DNA of 43,981 nucleotides from an uncultured Gammaproteobacteria bacterium (lineage in GTDB: Bacteria > Patescibacteriota > Patescibacteriia > Patescibacteriales > UBA12465), in the NCBI GenBank assembly GCA_964350915.1, contig CAYGLM010000002.1, positions 15,728 through 59,708 on the forward strand, read 5' to 3'. The translations under genes and the position numbers were made by a program. Below, in pieces: positions 1 to 7,272 of this stretch (position 1 is the stretch's first letter; each line of letters starts with the position of its first letter). The notes under the pieces were generated by a model, which was not told the origin of the DNA, made no database searches, and saw only the letters and a list, made by a program, of their open reading frames with translations.

Positions 1-996
1 GCTAAAGATTACGGGGGTGCTCGCGAAAAAAAGCCATCGCGTTTTATCGCTGAAATGGGGTTAGAAGTAAATGTTGGTGAAGAAGCGGCGCAGCTTAGTA
101 GGCAGAACGAATTTTTGAAAGATTTTCATCGTCTGAATGAGCAGCGCTCTCTAGGCGCATCTAATCAGACGGATCAGATGGAAGCGACCCAGCTAACACC
201 TGAAGAGATTTATCCCTTGCCAGCAAAATTTTCTTTTTCCCAGCTGGCAGCTTATTCTACCTGCCCCCTGCAGTATAAGTTTGCTTTTATTCTCAAGATT
301 CCCGCGCCTTCAGATAAGGCAGCTTTAATTTTCGGTCGCTCTTTACATAACACTTTATATAATTTCCTATTACCGACTTTAGCTGAAACTAAAAAGATGC
401 AAGCTAGTCTGTTCCCGGAAAATAAGCAATCAAAAAAACCGCAACTGACGGAAAAAAAGTTGCTCGAAATGTATCAGGAGTTTTGGCAGCCTGACGGTTA
501 TGCGAGCAAAATAGAAAGAGATGAATATTATCAGAAGGGACTAGCGTCTTTAAAAAAATTCTATGTCGATTACGTCAACAATCCGCCACAAGAAACAATT
601 TTTCTAGAAAAAAAATTCTCTTTTAAGATAGGAGAAGATGTTATTAAGGGAACGATTGACCGCGTTGATCGTTTGCCGGACGGTAGTTTAGAAATTATCG
701 ATTACAAGACGGGAAAGAATAAGGAGAAACTGGAATTTAAAGATAAGCGCCAATTGATTCTTTACCAATTGTTTCTGGCAGACTTTTTACAAGAGAAAGT
801 TAGTCGCCTCAGTTATTATTATCTAGAGAGTGGTGAAAAATTTTCTTTTCTAGGAACACCTAAGGAGGTTGATAAATTGAAACTTGGTGTTATGGAGGAA
901 ATCGCCGCAATCAAGAGTCGTAATTTTGCGCCGACGCCGTCCCCGCTTTGTTCTTTTTGTGATTTTCGAAACATTTGTGAATTCCGTCAAACTTAA
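1..996 (+). CDS. 3' part of a UvrD/PcrA-type helicase fused to a C-terminal Cas4/AddB-like PD-(D/E)XK nuclease domain with Fe-S cysteines (5' end lies outside the window)
   Basis: Frame 1 is open from base 1 ([20 protein letters not shown], a helicase C-terminal PSRF-type motif) and runs into the listed ORF. Nuclease signature: CPLQYKF ... IDRVD ... IIDYKTGK ... QLILYQ ... [10 protein letters not shown]. Confidence 0.7.
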   Translation, partial: AKDYGGAREKKPSRFIAEMGLEVNVGEEAAQLSRQNEFLKDFHRLNEQRSLGASNQTDQMEATQLTPEEIYPLPAKFSFSQLAAYSTCPLQYKFAFILKIPAPSDKAALIFGRSLHNTLYNFLLPTLAETKKMQASLFPENKQSKKPQLTEKKLLEMYQEFWQPDGYASKIERDEYYQKGLASLKKFYVDYVNNPPQETIFLEKKFSFKIGEDVIKGTIDRVDRLPDGSLEIIDYKTGKNKEKLEFKDKRQLILYQLFLADFLQEKVSRLSYYYLESGEKFSFLGTPKEVDKLKLGVMEEIAAIKSRNFAPTPSPLCSFCDFRNICEFRQT

Positions 997-1037
997 AGAC
1001 AGAAATAGTCACTGGATTTAAAAATAATAATAAAAAT

Positions 1038-2057
1038 ATGACTGACGAAGAGCGCTTGATTAGTCCGCAGGAGAATCAGGAAGATGACAAGCTTGATTTA
1101 TCTTTGCGTCCTAAATTTTTTCGCGAATATATTGGGCAGGAAAGAATCAAGCAGAATTTAGATATTACCATTGCTGCTGCTAAGAAAAGATCGGAGCCGA
1201 TAGAGCACGTTTTATTATACGGTGCCCCTGGGTTAGGTAAAACGACTTTAGCTCACGTCATTGCTAATGAAACTGGCGCTAATATCCGTGTCACTTCTGG
1301 CCCGGCTATTGAAAAAACTGGTGATTTGGCGGCTATTTTAACTAATTTAGAGCCAGGAGACATTTTGTTTATTGACGAAATTCATCGCCTTCCTAAAGCA
1401 GTAGAAGAAATACTTTATCCAGCTATGGAAGATTTTGCTTTGGATATTATTATGGGCAAAGGACCAAGCGCCCGTACTTTGCGTCTTGACTTGCCGAAGT
1501 TTACTATTGTCGGAGCAACAACGATGGCGAGCCTACTTTCAGCTCCTTTGCGCGATCGTTTCGGTTTAACCTACCATCTTAATTTTTATGAAACAGACGA
1601 TATTGAAAAAATAATCAAACGCAGTGCTGGGATTTTGGGAGTAGAAATACATGAAGAAGCAAAGAAAGAAATTGCTCTGCGTAGTCGTAAAACGCCGCGT
1701 ATTGCCAATCGTCTTTTAAAAAGGGTTAGAGATTACTGCGATGTTAAAGGTGATGGCGTCGTGAGCTTATCCGGTTGTTTAGAATCTTTTCAAATGCTAG
1801 AGATAGATAGTTTAGGGTTGGATATGATTGATCGACGGATATTAGAAGTCATCGCTCATAAATTTAAGGGCGGTCCAGTTGGTTTAAATACTTTAGCAGC
1901 CTCTACTGGCGAAGAAGCTGATACAATTGAAAATATGTACGAACCTTATCTGCTTCAACTTGGCTTTCTTGATCGCTCACCGCGTGGACGCGTGATTACT
2001 CATTTGGGATTGGAGCATTTAGGAATTAAGATTCCTGGTCAGGACAAGTTAGTTTAA
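1038..2057 (+). CDS. ruvB: Holliday junction branch-migration helicase RuvB
   Basis: [19 protein letters not shown], Walker [12 protein letters not shown], Walker B/sensor FIDEIHRL, typical length of 339 aa. Confidence 0.95.
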   Translation: MTDEERLISPQENQEDDKLDLSLRPKFFREYIGQERIKQNLDITIAAAKKRSEPIEHVLLYGAPGLGKTTLAHVIANETGANIRVTSGPAIEKTGDLAAILTNLEPGDILFIDEIHRLPKAVEEILYPAMEDFALDIIMGKGPSARTLRLDLPKFTIVGATTMASLLSAPLRDRFGLTYHLNFYETDDIEKIIKRSAGILGVEIHEEAKKEIALRSRKTPRIANRLLKRVRDYCDVKGDGVVSLSGCLESFQMLEIDSLGLDMIDRRILEVIAHKFKGGPVGLNTLAASTGEEADTIENMYEPYLLQLGFLDRSPRGRVITHLGLEHLGIKIPGQDKLV

Positions 2058-2098
2058 TTATTTTAGGGCTGTCCACAAAATATATCAAAAAACTTAAA

Positions 2099-3259
2099 AT
2101 GTCACATAAGTTAAAAGATTTTTCTTATCATTTGCCTTTGGAATTAATCGCGCAGCAACCAGTTGAACCGCGCGATCATTCACGCTTACTTGTTTTAGAG
2201 AAGACCAGTGGGCAGATTTTTCATAAACAATTTTTTAATATCATTGATTTTTTGCATCCTAAAGACATATTAGTTTTGAATAATTCTAAAGTTTTTCCAG
2301 CTCGATTAATAGGGCACAAAGCTAAGACTGGTGGTGCAGTGGAAATATTTTTACATCAGAGAAAGACGGTTTCGGTCTGGGAGTGTTTAATTGGTGGACG
2401 CATCAAGGTGGGCTTAGAGATAATTATTTCAAATAAGCTGAGGGCAAAAATTATTAAAAATAATGAAGACGGCACCTGGTTGGTTGAATTTAATCTGAGC
2501 GGCAACCAATTACTTAGAGAGATAAGTCGTATTGGATTAGTGCCATTACCGCCCTATATCAAACGCGTCGCTGCCTTAGAAAAAGAAGCGGCTCAGGACA
2601 AGAAACGTTATCAAACAGTATTTGCTGCTCGCGATAAAATTGGCTCAGTGGCCGCTCCGACCGCTGGGCTACATTTTACTAATAGCCTGCTAGCTAAAAT
2701 TAAGGCTAAGGGAGTAAAAGTTGCTTTTATTACTTTACATGTCGGTCTCGGGACTTTTGCGTCAGTGAAAACGAATAATATTAAGGATCATAAAATGCAT
2801 AGCGAGTATGTAGAAATAAGTCGGAAAACTTGGCAGGAGATTATTAAATCCAAAAAATCGGGTGGTCGCGTTATCGCGGTTGGCACTACTAGTTGTCGCT
2901 CTTTAGAATCGGCAGCTAAATCTTTAGAATCGGCAGCTAAATCTTTAGAATCGACAGCTAAATCTTTAGAGTCAGCCACTAGTCAGTTAGATGGCTCATT
3001 GACGAAAAGTAAAATACGTTTAAAAACCAAGTCGCCTCAGGTGGATGACTCAGCTTTTTGGACGGATATTTTTATTTATCCTGGGTATAAATTTAAAATT
3101 ATCGATGGCTTAGTAACTAATTTTCATCTTCCCGAATCAACTTTACTAATGCTCGTCAGTGCTCTAGCTGGCCAAAAACAGATAAAAAAAGCCTATCAAG
3201 AAGCAATTATCAAACGCTATCGGTTTTTTAGTTACGGTGATGCCATGTTTATTAACTGA
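2099..3259 (+). CDS. queA: S-adenosylmethionine:tRNA ribosyltransferase-isomerase QueA, with an internal repeat insertion
   Basis: Motifs LVPLPPYIKR, VGTTSCRSLES, NFHLPESTLLMLVSA, FFSYGDAMFI. 386 aa, longer than usual because of the SLESAAK repeat plus a linker. Confidence 0.9.
   Translation: MSHKLKDFSYHLPLELIAQQPVEPRDHSRLLVLEKTSGQIFHKQFFNIIDFLHPKDILVLNNSKVFPARLIGHKAKTGGAVEIFLHQRKTVSVWECLIGGRIKVGLEIIISNKLRAKIIKNNEDGTWLVEFNLSGNQLLREISRIGLVPLPPYIKRVAALEKEAAQDKKRYQTVFAARDKIGSVAAPTAGLHFTNSLLAKIKAKGVKVAFITLHVGLGTFASVKTNNIKDHKMHSEYVEISRKTWQEIIKSKKSGGRVIAVGTTSCRSLESAAKSLESAAKSLESTAKSLESATSQLDGSLTKSKIRLKTKSPQVDDSAFWTDIFIYPGYKFKIIDGLVTNFHLPESTLLMLVSALAGQKQIKKAYQEAIIKRYRFFSYGDAMFIN
2900..2977 (+). repeat. 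In-frame 21-bp tandem repeat (about 3.7 copies) inside queA
   Basis: The unit tctttagaatcggcagctaaa occurs at 2900, 2921, 2942 (1 mismatch) and 2963 (partial). It encodes SLESAAK/SLESAAK/SLESTAK/SLESA directly after the conserved GTTS.RSLES motif. Confidence 0.95.
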
Positions 3260-3383
3260 GGATAAAACTGGGATTTGATTTTTTTGTAATTTTTTGTTAA
3301 AGTGGAAGCTAATTGCTGCGACTTAATTGAAATTGGGCAGCAAAGTTTTTTATCGGACAAATCATAGCAATGTAATAATTTTT

Positions 3384-3968
3384 ATGCGTAAATTCTTCTT
3401 ATTTGTTTGGGAAATAGTCAAGGTAGTAAGTATTTCCTTGGCGATCATTTTACCTGTTCGTTATTATTTGATTCAACCGTTTTATGTTAAAGGTGCCTCA
3501 ATGGAACCTAATTTTCATGATCATGAATATTTGATAATAGACGAAATCAGTTATCGTTTTAAAGAACCGGTTAGGGGGCAAGTTGTAGTTTTTCGTTACC
3601 CCAAGAATCCACAGGAATATTTTATTAAACGCATCATCGGGTTACCGGGAGAAGAGGTGCAGATTGCAGATGGAAAAGTTATTATTTTTAATGATTATTG
3701 GCCAGAAGGGTTAGCTCTTTCAGAACATTATTTAATTCCAGGAACAGAAACTTATGATAATAATGGTATCCGAACTTCTATTGGAAATAACGAATATTTT
3801 GTTTTAGGAGATAATCGCAATGCCTCTAAGGATTCGCGTAGTTTTGGGCCGGTAGACAAAGCATTTATCACGGGCAAAGTTTTGTTCCGAGGCTGGCCTT
3901 TAGATAGGGTGAATATTTTTGATAAAAATGCTTGGCCACAATATGAGCCAAATATTATCCAGCCCTAA
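3384..3968 (+). CDS. lepB: Signal peptidase I
   Basis: GASMEPNF (catalytic Ser box), FIKRIIGLPGE (Lys box), GDNRNASKDSR. I prefer the ATG at 3384 (MRKFFLF plus TM helix) over the TTG at 3327 given in the ORF track. Confidence 0.85.
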   Translation: MRKFFLFVWEIVKVVSISLAIILPVRYYLIQPFYVKGASMEPNFHDHEYLIIDEISYRFKEPVRGQVVVFRYPKNPQEYFIKRIIGLPGEEVQIADGKVIIFNDYWPEGLALSEHYLIPGTETYDNNGIRTSIGNNEYFVLGDNRNASKDSRSFGPVDKAFITGKVLFRGWPLDRVNIFDKNAWPQYEPNIIQP

Positions 3969-4032
3969 AGAGTAAGAATGAATAATCAAGAATGTAATAT
4001 TTGAAGTTGATGGTCGGTAGTATTTTTTAAGT

Positions 4033-4047
4033 TATAATATATCTTTA
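4033..4047 (+). promoter_or_regulatory. Putative -10 element (TATAAT, 4033..4038) 8 nt upstream of the hisS ATG; leaderless or near-leaderless geometry
   Basis: The sequence reads aagtTATAATatatctttATG, with no Shine-Dalgarno between the -10 and the start codon. Confidence 0.4.
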
Positions 4048-5429
4048 TGCCTAGAAGAAAAAAAGGTGCTTCTGATAATGCAGCGCCGAAAACAGAAAGA
4101 AAACACGATAAAACCCCTAGCCGCTTGTTGGGTATGAAAGATTTTATTGGTTTGGACCAGGCTTGTTTTGACTTGGCTATTGAAAAGGCGCAACAATTAG
4201 CTAAAATATATAGCTTTTCCTCAATCAAAACTCCTATTTTGGAAAGTTTAGATTTATACAAAAAAGCTTCACGACGACATAATGACAAAGATTTTTATGC
4301 TGTTGATGGAGAGAAGGGGGAAAAAATGGTATTGCGCCCGGAAATAACTCAAGGAATAATTCGAGCTTATTTGGAAAATAATTTAAATTTTGAGGTAAAG
4401 ATTACTAAGCTCTTTTCTATCGGACCGATTTTTCGCCGTGAAAAGTTACAAAGCGGACGTTATCGGGAATCGACACAGTTTAATTTGGAGATAATTGGCG
4501 ACAGGAAGCCGATGGCAGAAGCACTTTTAATTACAATCGCTAATAACTTCTTTGCTGACATGCAGGTTAAAACGCAGCTTCAGATTAATAGTTTAGGAGA
4601 TGCTGATTGTCGCAAGGATTATTGTGCCAAGCTGTTAAATTTTTATAAAGAAAGAGGGCGCCGATCAAAACTCTGTAATGCCTGCAAAAATAGTTTAGGT
4701 AAGAATTGCCTTAGTCTTCTAGATTGTAAAGAAGAATCTTGTTTGCAACTACGTGAAGAAGCACCTCAGATTGCCGACTTCTTATCTGATTCTAGTCGCG
4801 AATATCTATCAAGAACTTTGGAATTCCTGGATGAGCTCGATATCAGTTACAACTTTAACCCCTACCTTGTTCGCGGTCTTAATTATTATAATGATATTGT
4901 TTTCGAATTTTGGCCGGTTAATGACGATGAGTCGGTTGGCCGCCTCGCCCTAGCTGGTGGCGGACGCTATGATTCTTTAATAGAAAGCTTAGGTGGACCA
5001 GATACTCCGGCTACCGGATTGGCGATTGGTTTAGAAAGAGTGCTAGCTAGAGTTAAAGATAGGCAGGCTTTGACAAACAAGACAGAAGAAGATATAGTAT
5101 TTATTGCTCAATTAGGAGATCAAGCAAAATTGAAAGCCTTACAGTTATTTGAAGAATTAAGACGAGCAGATTTTAACGTCAGACAGTCTTTCACCACCGA
5201 TAGCTTGAAAATACAATTAGAAGAGGCCACGTCCATAAAAGCAAAAACTTGCTTGATATTAGGTAAAAAAGAAATAATGGATGGCACTATTTTAATGCGA
5301 GATATGGAATCAGGAGCACAGGAAACGCTTGTTTTTAAAAAAGTAAAGGAGCGTTTACTGAAGAAAGATAAGCCAGTCAATAAAAAAGTTAATAATAGAA
5401 AGGAAGGTGTATTTTATGGCGGATTTTAA
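4047..5429 (+). CDS. hisS: Histidine--tRNA ligase
   Basis: GMKDF, MVLRPEITQGIIRAY, motif 2 GPIFRREKLQSGRYRESTQ, motif 3 AGGGRYD. It has Lys/Arg-rich N- and C-terminal extensions. Confidence 0.9.
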   Translation: MPRRKKGASDNAAPKTERKHDKTPSRLLGMKDFIGLDQACFDLAIEKAQQLAKIYSFSSIKTPILESLDLYKKASRRHNDKDFYAVDGEKGEKMVLRPEITQGIIRAYLENNLNFEVKITKLFSIGPIFRREKLQSGRYRESTQFNLEIIGDRKPMAEALLITIANNFFADMQVKTQLQINSLGDADCRKDYCAKLLNFYKERGRRSKLCNACKNSLGKNCLSLLDCKEESCLQLREEAPQIADFLSDSSREYLSRTLEFLDELDISYNFNPYLVRGLNYYNDIVFEFWPVNDDESVGRLALAGGGRYDSLIESLGGPDTPATGLAIGLERVLARVKDRQALTNKTEEDIVFIAQLGDQAKLKALQLFEELRRADFNVRQSFTTDSLKIQLEEATSIKAKTCLILGKKEIMDGTILMRDMESGAQETLVFKKVKERLLKKDKPVNKKVNNRKEGVFYGGF

Positions 5430-5649
5430 GAGAAAGCCAGGCGAGAGCTTCGAGGGTTTTTTGAGGAAATTCAAAAAAGGTTTGAAGAACAGCAAAAGAT
5501 TAGAAAAGGCAAGATCAAAGCAACATCTTGAGCCTAAGAAGACTAAGCGAATTTTCAAAAAAAGAGCTTTGTCAGGTTTAGAATTGCAGAAAAAAAACGA
5601 ATTACTAAGAAAGACCGGAAAATTACCAGAGACCACCAACAGAAGATAA
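5416..5649 (+). CDS. rpsU: 30S ribosomal protein S21 (probable)
   Basis: The 77-aa basic protein MADFKRKPGESFEGFLRKFKKGL...KRIFKKRAL fits the S21 pattern (GES.E.ALR.FKR ... KP...KR). A purine-rich aaggaagg lies 8 nt upstream of the ATG at 5416. The gene overlaps the hisS 3' end by 14 nt. Confidence 0.7.
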   Translation: MADFKRKPGESFEGFLRKFKKGLKNSKRLEKARSKQHLEPKKTKRIFKKRALSGLELQKKNELLRKTGKLPETTNRR

Positions 5650-5673
5650 GTAGCTATCAGAATATTTTAAAAA

Positions 5674-5702
5674 CAGCCTCGTTTTGCGCGAGGTTGTTTT
5701 TT
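5674..5702. terminator. Bidirectional intrinsic terminator between convergent rpsU and rel
   Basis: An 8-bp stem pairs cagcctcg (5674..5681) with cgaggttg (5689..5696), including one G.U, around a 7-nt loop. It is followed by TTTTTT on the + strand and preceded by an A-run that gives a T-run on the - strand. Confidence 0.65.
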
Positions 5703-5720
5703 AATTTAAGGCGTGTTTAT

Positions 5721-7178
5721 TTATTTCATGCCTGGAATTAGGCGCTTGATATTTTCAAGAGTGGATTTTTTGGCGTGCTGTTTAATTTGATCGCGGGCTC
5801 GTTTGGTTTTGACGAATTTAAGCCAGTCTTTATTAGGGTGTTGGCGGTTTTTTTCAACAATTATTTCAACCATGTCACCGTTTTTAAGCTCCTGGTCTAA
5901 TCTTCCCAACTTGTCGTTAATTAGAACTCCAGCAGCCTTATTGCCGACATTACCATGAACGGCGTAAGCAAAATCTATCGGTGTTGATTTATCTGGAAGT
6001 TCAAAAACATCACCGCGCGGCGAAAAGACAAAAATTCTATCGCGAAAAATATCCATTTTTACATTTTTTACTAGCTCAGAAGTGTTCGTGATTTCTTTTT
6101 GAATGTCAGCGATTTCCTTGACCCAGCGCGGCTGCTGATAGCTGTCGTGCTTGGATTTGTAGTACCAATGAGCAGCGATTCCGTATAAGGCTTCCTCGTG
6201 CATTTCTTTAGTACGAATTTGAAATTCAGTTGGTTTGCCTTCGGGTCCGAAAATTGTAGTATGCAAAGAGCGGTAGCCGTTAGGTTTAGGAACGGCAATA
6301 TAATCTTTAAAGCGATTCGGCTTCGGCTTCCAAAGAGTATGAATTACGCCTAAGACTTTATAGCAGTCATCAATAGTGGGTACGATAACGCGCATAGCGA
6401 AAACATCATAAATTTCGTTAAATTTACGATCTTTTTCCTGCATTTTTTTAAAGATGCTGTATAAATGCTTGAAACGAGCTTCAATTTCATATTGTATGCG
6501 CGCCTCATCAAGCTTAGGAATTAAGGTATGCTTTACTTGCTGAAAAAAGCGCTGTCTTTCTAGTTTCTTTTCTACTTCGTATCGATATTCTAACTCGTTG
6601 AATTTTTCGGGATATAAATGTTTGAAGCAAATATCTTCCATTTGCCATTTTAATCTTTCAATGCCAAGTAGTCCGGCAATAGGAGCGTAAATCTCTAAGG
6701 TTTCTTCAGCGATACGCCGCTTCTTGTCTTCAGGGAGAGAATCAAGAGTACGTAGATTGTTTAAGCGGTCGCAGAATTTTATGAAAACTACACGCAAGTC
6801 GCTGGTCATCGCTAAGAACATTTTTTTCAGGTTTTCTCGATAGCGTTCGATGCCGCGATATTTAATTTTGCTTAATTTTGTGACTCCTCTAACTAGGGAG
6901 GCAATTTCTTCGCCGAATTCCGCTTCAATTTCTTCTAGAGTTTTTTCTGTATCTTCAGGAACGTCATGTAAAACCCCGGCTGCGACCGTCGGTAAGTCGG
7001 CTCTGATTTCTGCCAGGATGTAGGCAGTGTGCAAAGGGTGTTGAATATAAGGTTCGCCGTTCTTTCTCATCTGTCCCGCATGGGCAGCATCAGCAAAAAT
7101 AAAAGCCCTTTCTAAAACGCCCGCATCCATCCCCGGATTGTTCTCGGAAAACTTTTTAATTATCCGCTCTATAGTCAT
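5721..7178 (-). CDS. rel: Bifunctional (p)ppGpp synthetase/hydrolase of the RelA/SpoT family; short form with HD, synthetase and TGS domains and no ACT domain
   Basis: HD motif GVLHDVPEDT, synthetase motifs GYRSLHTT and EFQIRT, TGS segment IFVFSPRGDVFELPDKSTPIDFAYAVHGNVG. 485 aa. Confidence 0.9.
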   Translation of the reverse strand: MTIERIIKKFSENNPGMDAGVLERAFIFADAAHAGQMRKNGEPYIQHPLHTAYILAEIRADLPTVAAGVLHDVPEDTEKTLEEIEAEFGEEIASLVRGVTKLSKIKYRGIERYRENLKKMFLAMTSDLRVVFIKFCDRLNNLRTLDSLPEDKKRRIAEETLEIYAPIAGLLGIERLKWQMEDICFKHLYPEKFNELEYRYEVEKKLERQRFFQQVKHTLIPKLDEARIQYEIEARFKHLYSIFKKMQEKDRKFNEIYDVFAMRVIVPTIDDCYKVLGVIHTLWKPKPNRFKDYIAVPKPNGYRSLHTTIFGPEGKPTEFQIRTKEMHEEALYGIAAHWYYKSKHDSYQQPRWVKEIADIQKEITNTSELVKNVKMDIFRDRIFVFSPRGDVFELPDKSTPIDFAYAVHGNVGNKAAGVLINDKLGRLDQELKNGDMVEIIVEKNRQHPNKDWLKFVKTKRARDQIKQHAKKSTLENIKRLIPGMK

Positions 7179-7205
7179 AAAAGCTTTTTATTTTATTGGC
7201 TTTTA

Positions 7206-7214
7206 TGTTATAAT
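7206..7214 (+). promoter_or_regulatory. Extended -10 promoter element (TGtTATAAT) upstream of the giant-protein locus
   Basis: The sequence ttttaTGtTATAATaaaagc lies in the 94-nt rel/7273 divergent intergenic region. I found no convincing -35. Confidence 0.4.
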
Positions 7215-7272
7215 AAAAGCATAATAATTATATCAAAAAAAGGAGCTTTTTAAAAGGGGCTTCTGACTGAAA

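Noticed and set aside
2058-2098. preQ1 riboswitch upstream of queA, suggested by an A-rich tail (caaaaaacttaaa) reminiscent of the preQ1-I 3' tail
   Set aside because: The region is only 41 nt long, and no P1 stem can be formed (there is no complement to agggc). The similarity is limited to a low-complexity A-run.
2900-2977. A CRISPR-like array, considering also the repeat at 37909..37992
   Set aside because: The units are directly adjacent with no spacers, they are in-frame within coding sequence, and no cas genes are present.
2788-2979. 63-aa minus-strand ORF with a DSKDLAA repeat
   Set aside because: It is the antisense shadow of the queA 21-bp repeat and lies entirely within a well-supported gene.
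3257-3259. Alternative genetic code (UGA read as Gly or Trp, as in some CPR lineages)
   Set aside because: TGA terminates queA at the conserved C-terminus (FFSYGDAMFIN*), and it also ends the ATPase gene (38653..38655). No conserved gene needs an in-frame TGA, so the standard code 11 fits.
3969-4046. T-box leader upstream of hisS
   Set aside because: The intergenic region is only 78 nt and contains a -10 element 8 nt from the ATG. There is no room for a specifier or antiterminator structure.
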